IMG/VR virus record: IMGVR_UViG_3300034073_002585
Location: 64,001 to 128,000 of that record
DNA length: 64,000 nucleotides
From: a virus
Strand: one strand, 5' to 3'
Shown here piece by piece: positions 15,497 to 25,012 of this stretch. Every line of letters starts with the position of its first letter. The first letter of the stretch is position 1. The position numbers and the translations under genes are program-made. The notes under the pieces were generated by a model. That model saw only the letters and a program-made list of their open reading frames with translations, was not told where the DNA came from and searched no databases.

Positions 15497-16924
15497 ATGG
15501 GTAAAAGCATTATGGAGCAGCTCGCGCAGCTGCCAGAAGAAGAACGCAATGCGATTCTAGCGGGCATGGACCCAGAGTCTCTTGTGTGGGACTGGTCCGT
15601 CTGGGGGCGTCCAGAGCAGTTTGCACCAGAGGGTGATGACTGGAACGTCTGGCTAGTTCTCGCTGGTCGTGGTTTTGGTAAGACCCGTTTAGCTTCCGAG
15701 TGGGTACGTGAGCAAGCTAAATACACCAACGAAGGCCAACGTCGCTTTGCTCTCGTTGCTCGTACCGCAGCTGACGTACGTGACGTTATTGTTGAAGGTG
15801 AATCTGGGATTATTAATATTTCCCCTCCTTCTGAGAAACCACACTACGAGCCTTCGAAGCGTCGTCTGACTTGGCCTAACGGAAATACCGCAACACTCTT
15901 TACCGCGGATGAGCCTGACTCTCTTCGTGGTCCTCAGTTCACCCACGCCTGGGGCGATGAGATTGCAGCTTGGCGTCAGACTCCAGATGCTGCGGGTATG
16001 ACCGCCTTCGACAACCTCCGAGTTGGTACTCGTCTCGGTAGAAATCCAAAGCTTATTTGTACCACTACACCTAAGCGTGTTCCACTTCTTTACAAGCTAA
16101 TTGAAGAGTCAAGAACAGATAAGCCTGGTGGTGCTAAGGTGGTAGTTACCAGAGGTTCTACCTTGGATAACGCTGGTAACTTGTCTCAGGCATATCTGGA
16201 CACAATTACTGGCGTTTACGAGGGCACATCACTAGCTCGTCAGGAGCTTTATGGTGAAATGCTTGACGACGTTGAAGGAGCTCTTTGGAATGAAGAGATG
16301 GTTGAGAGCGCCAGAGAGATGGCTTACCCGCCTATTACTCCGCTTCGTGTTATCGGCGTGGACCCTTCGGTTGCTGAAAATCCCCGTGACGAGTGTGGAA
16401 TTGTGGTATGTGCGTCGACTGCCGACCATGACCTCTATAAGAGAAACGCTTGGGTTCTTGAGGACGCTTCAATTCATGGTTCCCCAGACACCTGGGCCCG
16501 TAGGGTTGTGGAGATGGCTCGTAAGTGGGGTTGTCCCGTTGTTGCCGAGGTTAATCAAGGAGGCGCTTTGGTTAAAAATGCCATCCTCTCGATTGACCCG
16601 ACGGTCAAAGTATTAGAAGTTCACTCCAAATACGGAAAGCAGCTACGTGCAGAGCCAGTAGTGCTTGCTTACGAACAGCAGCGTGTCCACCATGTTGGCT
16701 ACCACACAGACCTAGAGTCTCAGATGTACTCTTGGATTCCAGAAAGTGCATCTAAATCCCCAGACCGCGTCGACGCACTAGTCCACGCACTAACTGCACT
16801 GCTAATTAAGCCGCCTCCAGGATTCTCTGGCGGAAAAATACGTGCCAAGAGCTTTGCTGACCGCAAACTGGGAGTTACAAACCCAAACAACCGACCTGGT
16901 GGAAGAATTTTTAGGGTAAGATAG
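15497..16924 (+). CDS. terL: Terminase large subunit
   Basis: Walker A AGRGFGKT, LRGPQF..AWGDE, TTTP, nuclease IGVDPS and SPDRVDA. Confidence 0.95.
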   Translation: MGKSIMEQLAQLPEEERNAILAGMDPESLVWDWSVWGRPEQFAPEGDDWNVWLVLAGRGFGKTRLASEWVREQAKYTNEGQRRFALVARTAADVRDVIVEGESGIINISPPSEKPHYEPSKRRLTWPNGNTATLFTADEPDSLRGPQFTHAWGDEIAAWRQTPDAAGMTAFDNLRVGTRLGRNPKLICTTTPKRVPLLYKLIEESRTDKPGGAKVVVTRGSTLDNAGNLSQAYLDTITGVYEGTSLARQELYGEMLDDVEGALWNEEMVESAREMAYPPITPLRVIGVDPSVAENPRDECGIVVCASTADHDLYKRNAWVLEDASIHGSPDTWARRVVEMARKWGCPVVAEVNQGGALVKNAILSIDPTVKVLEVHSKYGKQLRAEPVVLAYEQQRVHHVGYHTDLESQMYSWIPESASKSPDRVDALVHALTALLIKPPPGFSGGKIRAKSFADRKLGVTNPNNRPGGRIFRVR

Positions 16925-17286
16925 TGGCAAAGATACTTGTGGATAGGTTTCCCTGTAACCTGGTGGCCGTGCCTTCAGGATTTACAGATGACATGACTAC
17001 TCTATGTAGTCAGCCTCCCACCCAAAAAGCAAACTACTTAGACGTTACGAGGGTGATTGTTACTGATGAGCACATATTGGTCGCTAAAGACAGCCCCCAG
17101 GGGCCGCAAATCGTATTTCGAGAGACATATGAAACGTTCGTGGGCTCTCAAGACGCTGGTGAAGACTCTTATGTCACCACTTCGTCGGGAAAAATGCTAG
17201 CCTTCAGGAAAGATAGAGGCTGCGGATGTGGTTCTAGGCTTAGAGGCTGGAATCCGTACAACACAATAAACTCAATTAAAGACTAA
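16924..17286 (+). CDS. Hypothetical protein
   Basis: 120 aa with C-terminal GCGCGSRLR motif. Confidence 0.7.
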   Translation: MAKILVDRFPCNLVAVPSGFTDDMTTLCSQPPTQKANYLDVTRVIVTDEHILVAKDSPQGPQIVFRETYETFVGSQDAGEDSYVTTSSGKMLAFRKDRGCGCGSRLRGWNPYNTINSIKD

Positions 17287-18269
17287 TGATTAGCCAAGAC
17301 ACAATTTTTGTTAGTGTCCCTGCTTTCAACGAGGTCGATAGAGTTGTGCAGACAATAACTAATGCCATAGAGATGGCTGATAGCCCAGAAAATTTATTTT
17401 TTGGTGTAGTACTGCATGAATCAGTCGAGATGTCTGAAATACCTGAACTGCCTCAAACTAAAATCATCAGAGTACTCTTCCCCTCTGGACTCGGAAGTGG
17501 CCTGACGAGGCTAATGACGCACACTATGTATAACAAACAAAAGTATTTCTTAGCTGTGGATTGTCACACGCTATTTGCTCGTTCCTGGGATAAAAAATTA
17601 GTATCTCAGTACGAAGAAATTAGACAAAACGAGAGCCTAGAGAAAGCTGTGATAACACATCCAGGAATAGTCTGGTGGCAAGAATCAGACGGAACTGTCG
17701 TTAACTATCCGATTAACGGGGAACCTGACCCAAAGATGCTTCATGGGGCTCCACAAATCTATAAAATCGATAAAAAGTATGTCCGTAAAGATTTCCCAGA
17801 GACTGACGGAGATTACACATTAAGAATTAATCACGACTACTCGAAAAAATATACTGAAAACCTTACGATGTCTTGGAATTTCTGCTTCGGGATGCCTGAA
17901 TTTTTTATGTATGACATTCCTGTTCAGCCATACTCCTACTACAAAGGTGACCAGGAGCTAGTTGCATTAAGAGCGTGGACTAGAGGGTATAAATTCTATT
18001 CAATTAATACTCCGATAGTCTGGTCTTTAGATAAAGGGAAAGACAAACTGCTTTCGCGGTACGATAGACACACTGAAGTAGAATCTACACCAAGCGAATA
18101 TTTAGATTTAAAAAGAAACAATAGCTGGCTAGGCATAGAAGAAGGTTTAAAGTATTTCTGGGGCGACAAATTCGGGTTTTATGGCGCTCCTGACAAAGAA
18201 TCTTGGGAAAACTACATGAATAGGCTAGGATATCTAGAACTAATTAATCAGAAGAAAGTAGAAGACTAA
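17286..18269 (+). CDS. GT-A glycosyltransferase (GlcNAc-transferase-like)
   Basis: TIFVSVPAFNE, YFLAVDCHTLFARSWD, LRAWTRGY; AT-rich. Confidence 0.8.
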   Translation: MISQDTIFVSVPAFNEVDRVVQTITNAIEMADSPENLFFGVVLHESVEMSEIPELPQTKIIRVLFPSGLGSGLTRLMTHTMYNKQKYFLAVDCHTLFARSWDKKLVSQYEEIRQNESLEKAVITHPGIVWWQESDGTVVNYPINGEPDPKMLHGAPQIYKIDKKYVRKDFPETDGDYTLRINHDYSKKYTENLTMSWNFCFGMPEFFMYDIPVQPYSYYKGDQELVALRAWTRGYKFYSINTPIVWSLDKGKDKLLSRYDRHTEVESTPSEYLDLKRNNSWLGIEEGLKYFWGDKFGFYGAPDKESWENYMNRLGYLELINQKKVED

Positions 18270-18273
18270 TCTG

Positions 18274-18564
18274 ATGGAAATTACAGCTGTAAATTTTATA
18301 ATTCTGGCTCTTGGAGCTTTTAGATTGACTCATTTGATTACGACAGACGCGATTGCTGACGGTTTCCGTACCTGGGTGTGGTCAAAATACTCCCCGATGA
18401 CCAAAATCGGGTACCTAATCACCTGTAATTGGTGTACAGGGTTCTGGGTTTCACTACTTTTCGTAATTGGAGTCTCAATTTTACCCCAAGTTACCTTTGT
18501 GGTATCATTAATCTTGGCTATTTCTGCTGCAATCGGGCTACTTTCAGCCTGGATTGAGCGATAG
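18274..18564 (+). CDS. DUF1360-like membrane protein
   Basis: RLTHLITTD.I...R, YLITCNWCTGFWVS. Confidence 0.75.
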   Translation: MEITAVNFIILALGAFRLTHLITTDAIADGFRTWVWSKYSPMTKIGYLITCNWCTGFWVSLLFVIGVSILPQVTFVVSLILAISAAIGLLSAWIER

Positions 18565-18583
18565 GAACAGGTAGGAGCCAAAC

Positions 18584-20326
18584 TTGGCAATTTTTAAGAA
18601 AGATAACGCGAACAAGGGCAATGCCCGTCAAAATGTACGCGCTGCTGCTCCGAAGAACGCTACTCGTGTTGCTCCAGGTGTTTCTATCGATTCTTTTGGT
18701 GTTGTTTACGCAGAACCACAGGTATTTAACACACCTAGACCACTTACAGCTGCAGCTGCTCAGGTAAACCTACAAGACAAAGGTGAAGCAGAGCTATTTA
18801 AAGCTCGTCGCCAGTCCGCCTCTACCTCTTGGCAAAGCGAAGCCTGGGAGTACTACGACTCCATTGGCGAAATCAAGTACGCATTTAACTTAGTTGCGTC
18901 TGTTGTATCTCGTATTCGCCTCTATGCAGCTGCAATCAACAACCCAAATGAAGCTCCATCCCCCATCGACAGCGTGGAGCAGGTAGACCCTAGACTTTCA
19001 GCTGCAGCTCAGAGGGCACTTGACCGTCTAAGCTCTGCATTTGGGGGACAGGCGGGTCTTTTGAAGGATGCAGCCCTAAACCTTCAGGTTACAGGTGAGT
19101 GTTACCTGGTTCAGGTTCCAGAGCGAGTTGGCTCTGGACTACCAGAATCCTGGGACATCCGCTCTGTAGACGAACTTCAAGTTGACGCTAAGGGCAACTA
19201 CATCATTAATCCCCGCCGTGAGATTGGCGGTGGTACTGCATCTTTTATGTCTCAGGGCAATAAAGAAGCGATTGCACTACCTAGAAGCGCATTTGTTGGT
19301 CGTATCTGGCGCTCACACCCTCGCTACACCCAAGAAGCTGATTCTTCTATACGAGGACTTTTGGACCTCTGCGCTGAACTACTCTTGCTCAACCGCACAT
19401 TCCGTGCCACCGCACGCTCGCGTCTCAACGCTGGTGCCTTATACCTACCTGACGGTCTGTCGGTTGCAGCAAGTCCTGACCCTGACTATCCTTATGATGA
19501 AGACGGGGAATACAACGAGCAGTTCAACCCAGACGAAGCAGCAGACGAGTTTGAAGACCAGCTCATTGATGCAATGACCACCCCAATTAAGGACGAGGAC
19601 TCTGCTTCCGCAGTTGTTCCTCTAATTATTCGTGGTCCTGCTGAACTTGGTGACAAGATTAAGCAGTTCAAGTTCGAGCGTTCATTCGACCCAGCTCTTG
19701 CTCAGCGTGCAGACCGTGTACTAGAGCGTATCATGCAGGGCCTAGACGTCCCTAAGGACGTTGTGACGGGTCTAGCCAACGTTAAGTACTCTAACGCTCT
19801 TCAGATTGATGAAGCCCTCTACAAGGCCCACATCGAGCCTCTGATGCTACTTATCGTTGACGCACTGACTGTCATGTACTTGCGTCCATATCTAGTTGCC
19901 AACGGCTACCCCGCTGAAGAAGTAAAGAACGTCTGCATTTGGTATGACCCAAGCCTAGTTGCAACCCGCAATGACCGCGCTGCAGACGCAGACATGGGCT
20001 TCGACAAGATGGCTGTATCTTACGATGCGTGGCGTCGCGCTCATGGATTCTCCGAAGCAGATGCACCAGACCCTAAAGAATTTGCTCTTAGGTTAGTTCT
20101 AAGCAAGGGAATGGTAACGCCTGAATTGACTGAAGCTATGCTACAAGCAGTAGCGCCAGAAATCATGGGCCAAATCAGAAAACAAGCAATGGAGCAGAGC
20201 GGAGCTGGCATTCCACCAGAGGTAGACCAGCTGCTACAAAATGAAGCTCCCGTTGCCGAGCCAGAAGAACAGCCTGAAGGTGGAGACACCGATTCAGCTC
20301 CACCACTAGCGGAACCAGAGGCATAA
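18584..20326 (+). CDS. Portal protein
   Basis: WQSEAWEYYDSIGEIKYA, RIWRSHPR, VVPLIIRGP; 580 aa; position after terL. Confidence 0.85.
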   Translation: MAIFKKDNANKGNARQNVRAAAPKNATRVAPGVSIDSFGVVYAEPQVFNTPRPLTAAAAQVNLQDKGEAELFKARRQSASTSWQSEAWEYYDSIGEIKYAFNLVASVVSRIRLYAAAINNPNEAPSPIDSVEQVDPRLSAAAQRALDRLSSAFGGQAGLLKDAALNLQVTGECYLVQVPERVGSGLPESWDIRSVDELQVDAKGNYIINPRREIGGGTASFMSQGNKEAIALPRSAFVGRIWRSHPRYTQEADSSIRGLLDLCAELLLLNRTFRATARSRLNAGALYLPDGLSVAASPDPDYPYDEDGEYNEQFNPDEAADEFEDQLIDAMTTPIKDEDSASAVVPLIIRGPAELGDKIKQFKFERSFDPALAQRADRVLERIMQGLDVPKDVVTGLANVKYSNALQIDEALYKAHIEPLMLLIVDALTVMYLRPYLVANGYPAEEVKNVCIWYDPSLVATRNDRAADADMGFDKMAVSYDAWRRAHGFSEADAPDPKEFALRLVLSKGMVTPELTEAMLQAVAPEIMGQIRKQAMEQSGAGIPPEVDQLLQNEAPVAEPEEQPEGGDTDSAPPLAEPEA

Positions 20327-20327
20327 C

Positions 20328-20783
20328 ATGCACCACCCAAACCCTGAAGTTGCTAAAAAGCTTGCAGTTCTACTTTCTGATGTAGTTACTGCAAAGTTTG
20401 TATTGCACGGCTACCATTGGAACGCCCTAGGACCAGACTTTGGAGAGATGCATGACTTCTTCTCCATGCTGTACGAAGATGTTGCAGATTCTATTGACCC
20501 GCTGGCAGAGAACATTCTTAAGGTTGGCTTCCCTGCTCCTTACCTTCTAGCAGATTACGTTGAGATGTCCTGCATCAAGGAAGAGCGTCAGGACGGGACG
20601 TCCACCAAGTTCATGCTCGACTCGGCACTACGAGTTATGGAGCACCTATATGACTGCCACACCGAAGCCCTGCATCTTGCAGAGTCCTGTGACCTTCAAG
20701 GTCTTATGGATTTCCTAGCTGGACGTATTGACATGTACGCGAAGTGGAAGTGGCAGATTAAGGCCTACCTAGGAGTTCGTTAA
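20328..20783 (+). CDS. dps: Dps / ferritin-like protein
   Basis: HGYHWNALGPDFGEMHDFF..LYE....IDPLAE..., K.KWQI signature. Confidence 0.88.
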   Translation: MHHPNPEVAKKLAVLLSDVVTAKFVLHGYHWNALGPDFGEMHDFFSMLYEDVADSIDPLAENILKVGFPAPYLLADYVEMSCIKEERQDGTSTKFMLDSALRVMEHLYDCHTEALHLAESCDLQGLMDFLAGRIDMYAKWKWQIKAYLGVR

Positions 20784-21575
20784 ATGTCATACCTTGAGAA
20801 CGTTCTTAGAGCTACTGGAGGGCATGCCGCTCCAGAAGAAGTTGTTTATCTTGAGGAAGAGCAAGAAAAAGAAGAAGAGAATCTTTCTTCATACGTAGAC
20901 TCTGTTGTTGCAACTGCTGGCTCTAAGCCAGCACCTAAGAAGGACCAAATTAAGGGTTCGAGCAAGAACGCAAAGGGCTCTGCTTCAGGTGGAAAGACTA
21001 TTACTTTCAGTAAAAATGTAGAGAATTCTTTAAAAGAAAAAGTAGAGTCTCACAACAAAAAGTATGGCGACAATGCTTCTAAAAAGACATCTTTGAAGAC
21101 CCTCAAGGCTGTTTATCGTAGAGGTGCGGGGGCATTCTCCACTTCTCATCGTCCAGACCAGAATCGTAACTCATGGGCGATGGCTCGTGTAAATGCTTTT
21201 CTTCACCTTCTAAGAACTGGAAGCCCGAAAAATAGTAAGTACACAACGGACAATGACCTGCTACCAGCAACCCACCCTAAGTCTTCTAAAAAGAACGCAT
21301 CTTCTTTGACCGCAGCTGCTATGGTGGTGGCTGATACCGTATCTCAGTCTTCCGTTGTAGAACTTTTTAGCTACGAAGATTACGAATCAGACGAGCACGC
21401 AATCTTTTCTTTAGCCGAATACTCTGACTTAGGGTACGAGGCCATCCCTAGCATTAAGGCATCTTGGATTAGGGCACTAGAAGCTGGTGAAGATGCATTC
21501 TCTAGAGCGGCAGATTTGGCCATCAATCTGTATGATAGTAGAGACGCCGACCTACTACCTAAAAAGGAAGCATAA
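20784..21575 (+). CDS. Putative head-associated protein
   Basis: LKAVYRRGAGAFSTSHRP..WAMARVNAFL domain; head operon position. Confidence 0.6.
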   Translation: MSYLENVLRATGGHAAPEEVVYLEEEQEKEEENLSSYVDSVVATAGSKPAPKKDQIKGSSKNAKGSASGGKTITFSKNVENSLKEKVESHNKKYGDNASKKTSLKTLKAVYRRGAGAFSTSHRPDQNRNSWAMARVNAFLHLLRTGSPKNSKYTTDNDLLPATHPKSSKKNASSLTAAAMVVADTVSQSSVVELFSYEDYESDEHAIFSLAEYSDLGYEAIPSIKASWIRALEAGEDAFSRAADLAINLYDSRDADLLPKKEA

Positions 21576-22072
21576 TGAACACATGGGACTCATTGATTCA
21601 TCCCGAAGAGATTGCCGACACTGTTAGCTTCTATAACGAAAAAGTCGGAGATTCTAGGCATGTCACTGCTGAAACTGCAATTAAGGTAGTGTCCCAGGCT
21701 TTCAACTACTACGACTATCTAGAAGATGAAGAGCGGGCTGACGCAATTAGATATGATTTGCAGAGCTTCTGCGAATATGCAACCACAGCTTTTAACTCAG
21801 AAGATGATTTAAGTTTTTCCGACAGATACTCCAGTCTTTTGGCATCAGGTCACCCGTATGCACCAAAAGTAGACAGACTAGCATTAGCTGATTGGATTGC
21901 TGGTGCTCCAGAGCTTACTTACGCTGGGAAGTCTGCAATTGTTGCAGCTTTAAACCCATATACCGACCTAGAAGTAGTTAGACATGCCAATATTCGTCTG
22001 ACTATTATGGCTCAAAACTCGGAGCTTTCTGTAAACACAATGTATCTACTAGAAGAAGCACTTCGCTCCTAA
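21575..22072 (+). CDS. Hypothetical protein
   Basis: 165-aa coupled ORF. Confidence 0.7.
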   Translation: MNTWDSLIHPEEIADTVSFYNEKVGDSRHVTAETAIKVVSQAFNYYDYLEDEERADAIRYDLQSFCEYATTAFNSEDDLSFSDRYSSLLASGHPYAPKVDRLALADWIAGAPELTYAGKSAIVAALNPYTDLEVVRHANIRLTIMAQNSELSVNTMYLLEEALRS

Positions 22073-22136
22073 CTCGGTATATAACACATTAGGGTAGAAT
22101 TATAGGGAGTTTCTACCTTTATATAGAGGATATTTC

Positions 22137-24992
22137 ATGACTGAAAACCTAGCCCTACTTTCGGATGGCAATTCTTCTGCTGCTCGACGTGCTCGTGTAA
22201 AGCTTCAGCCCCGCGATAAGAAAGGTCGCTGGATTCCTACTGGCGCTTCCTTGTTCGCTATGATTCGCGGCCTCGGCGGCGAGGTAAAGAAGTATCTACT
22301 TAAAGCTATTGGTGGAACTGCAACTAAGAAGGGTGAAAAGAATTACATTAGAGCACTCCTTACTGAGGATGCTCCAGAGCTAGGTCTAAAGAAAAATACC
22401 GTCCTTGAGATTGACCCTAAAAACGGTGAACTAGACACGGGGGTTAAACTAAGTAAAGACTTCCTTCGTAGAAAAGGCATTGACCCAGACCTACAGCACA
22501 CACTACCAAAATCTTTGGCAGAGCAGCCACAGGACGTAAAAGACTTAAACCCACAAGCGGCTGATGACCTAGACATAGAGCTAGCTAATGGAGAGCTTAC
22601 TGACGAAGAAGACAAAGATTTCCGTGCAGAGCGTGATGCAGAGCCACTAGCAAAACTTCCTCCAGGAATGGAGGAGCTAGACCAGAAAGAGGTTGACGCT
22701 CTTCTTGATGGCACCACCGAAGAAGCTCCTAGCCCTTCTGCTGACACTAAAAAATCTCCTTCAGACATGACTATGGATGAACTAAAGAGGGAAATTGAAA
22801 CTCCTGTTGACCCAGCATCTCCAGGGACTTTCGAGCGCTACAACGAAGTTGCTACCGAATTTTATAAGAGAGGCGGATACTCTGTATCGCCTGGACCATC
22901 TGATAGGGCAGTGGATGAAGCTCTAGCTGAAGCTTTCTACAATGGTGAAGTTCCAAATATTGACCAGCTGGTTGATAAGGCTAAGGCTCCTGCCCCTAAG
23001 TCTACTCCTGTAACGGTAGCTAACCTAAAGCCTGGAGATATCGTAAAGGTTAAAGGCGCGGAATATCCTGTTGTGTCCACTAAGCAGCGTAATAGTGGTG
23101 GCTGGGATGTTTTCGTTGACGATAACGGAAGAAATGCCAATATCGCTGCTCTAAAAGATTCAAACGGAAATCCTCTATTCCCAAGCGGTATCCCTGGGAC
23201 CGCTACTCTAGAGAAGACTGGAACTGTCAGTAAGCCAAAGGCTCCTGACGCTACCCCCGACGTAACCCCTGACGCTACCCCGTCGGCTCCAACTAAGAAG
23301 AAAGTCTCTCCTCCTAAGCCAAAGCCTACAAAGAAGCCTCCTAAAGCTTCTACCCCGAAGAAACCGCCTGTTATTCCTCAGGGGCGCGAGGATGATGGAG
23401 AAGATATTTCTCCAAACATCAAACCTCTAGAAGACATGCAAAATGTTAAGGTTGCCAATCTAATTGACCCTAACACTGGAAAGCCAGTTAAGGGGGACAA
23501 TGGAAAGCCTATTGAAGACCCTAATGCTATTTACAATGCCCTACTAGAGCAGAACCCTCAAGCAAAGGTCAGCAAGAGCGGGCACATAATTTTAGAGCGT
23601 CAAGACTTTACTGACAATGACGGTAGGGTTTGGAAGTATGAAGTTGCAGTAGCAAGAACCCATGGAAATAAGTACATGGAGAGGTATACCTTCACCGACG
23701 ATAAAGGTGAAAGCAAGACTTTCTACCACTACGACTACAAAGACTCCTTTGCTGCTATTTATGGCGACAAGAATGGTGTTTATGTTTTCCGTGACCAACT
23801 ACTTGGTAGGGCTATTCCTGGAAAGCAGCCACCTACTAGAAATACTCTGAACTACTTTGGAGAAAAGAAGACACTAAACGACAGAATTAGGTTCTTCAGG
23901 GGGATGACAAAAGAGGGCTTCAAGCCTACCCCCGACGACTTGGCAACAAAGAGTTCGTTTAAACTACTTACTCCCGAAGAAGTAGTATCTAAGTGGCTAA
24001 ACGGGCGCGCCGAGAAATATAACAAGTCTGGCCAAGCTAGGGGTACGGTTCTACAGAACTTTGTTGGCTCAGCATGGGAAGCCATCGAAGCAGATGACCT
24101 TCCTACGTTTGAAGCTAGAATCCAGCAACTACTGGGACGCCTACCAGACGATGAGTCTTCTCGTGAACTTTTGATGAAGGCTCTTCGTGACGGTATCAAA
24201 GAAAAATTCAATGGAACTCCTTTGGGTAGAAAAGTTGCTCCTCTGGCAAACAACCTTGAGAAGAAAATTCTTACCGAAGGCCTCGACATTAGAGACCTAC
24301 AGCGCCGACCATTCTCCGCAAAAGATGGCAAGACTATCGTGGAAAAGGGAAATAAGGTTCGCTACTGGAACAACGTCGGCGAGTGGTCTATTGGTGAAGT
24401 CCTTGCTCAGTTGCCACCAAGAACTAGCACTGGAGGCAAGAATACCTACGATGACGTAGTGGCAGTAAGATTCGGTGATGGAAGCATCCACCTACTGCGT
24501 TCAAACAGAATGGATGTACTTGGTGATGAGCTTGATTTTGACCTGAATCTCCACGACAAAGACTCTGATGCCACAGATTTCAAGCCAAACCTAAAGGGAC
24601 AAGCACTTAGAGATGCCAGAGGTTATGGTTTTGATTTTGGCGAAGAGGAGCGTAGGGACGACGACAATGCAGATGCAGACACAGACGATGTCGTTAACAC
24701 CGCAGACACGGACGCGGCTGCTCCTTACCTAGGCTCAGACGGAGTCGATGCCGACGAACCAGCTGCTGACGATACTGAGGATGCAACTGCCCCAGAAGGA
24801 AACATTGCTGGCTTCGAGGCAGGAGACGTCTGGCCAGACGAGAACGGTGACCGTATGGGAACCTTCGTTGAAGCACAGAAGGTGTCAGACCCAGAGACTG
24901 GTGCCGAAGCATGGGCGGTTATTTGGTTGGACGATGATGGCGACGAGCAATTAGAGATTATTCCTCTAGATTCGAGCCGCGTCCCAAAATAG
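22137..24992 (+). CDS. Large putative virion/ejection protein with N-terminal QPRDxxGRW motif
   Basis: 951 aa with P/K-rich and acidic linkers; ends at slippery C CCA AAA TAG. Confidence 0.75.
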   Translation: MTENLALLSDGNSSAARRARVKLQPRDKKGRWIPTGASLFAMIRGLGGEVKKYLLKAIGGTATKKGEKNYIRALLTEDAPELGLKKNTVLEIDPKNGELDTGVKLSKDFLRRKGIDPDLQHTLPKSLAEQPQDVKDLNPQAADDLDIELANGELTDEEDKDFRAERDAEPLAKLPPGMEELDQKEVDALLDGTTEEAPSPSADTKKSPSDMTMDELKREIETPVDPASPGTFERYNEVATEFYKRGGYSVSPGPSDRAVDEALAEAFYNGEVPNIDQLVDKAKAPAPKSTPVTVANLKPGDIVKVKGAEYPVVSTKQRNSGGWDVFVDDNGRNANIAALKDSNGNPLFPSGIPGTATLEKTGTVSKPKAPDATPDVTPDATPSAPTKKKVSPPKPKPTKKPPKASTPKKPPVIPQGREDDGEDISPNIKPLEDMQNVKVANLIDPNTGKPVKGDNGKPIEDPNAIYNALLEQNPQAKVSKSGHIILERQDFTDNDGRVWKYEVAVARTHGNKYMERYTFTDDKGESKTFYHYDYKDSFAAIYGDKNGVYVFRDQLLGRAIPGKQPPTRNTLNYFGEKKTLNDRIRFFRGMTKEGFKPTPDDLATKSSFKLLTPEEVVSKWLNGRAEKYNKSGQARGTVLQNFVGSAWEAIEADDLPTFEARIQQLLGRLPDDESSRELLMKALRDGIKEKFNGTPLGRKVAPLANNLEKKILTEGLDIRDLQRRPFSAKDGKTIVEKGNKVRYWNNVGEWSIGEVLAQLPPRTSTGGKNTYDDVVAVRFGDGSIHLLRSNRMDVLGDELDFDLNLHDKDSDATDFKPNLKGQALRDARGYGFDFGEEERRDDDNADADTDDVVNTADTDAAAPYLGSDGVDADEPAADDTEDATAPEGNIAGFEAGDVWPDENGDRMGTFVEAQKVSDPETGAEAWAVIWLDDDGDEQLEIIPLDSSRVPK

Positions 24993-25012
24993 ATAGGGCT
25001 GCTTCTGGCCCT
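24983..25012 (+). other. Predicted programmed -1 ribosomal frameshift site
   Basis: X XXY YYZ heptamer CCCAAAA directly before TAG; hairpin AGGGCT-GCTTCT-GGCCCT 5 nt downstream; -1 frame open 24938-27154. Confidence 0.75.
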
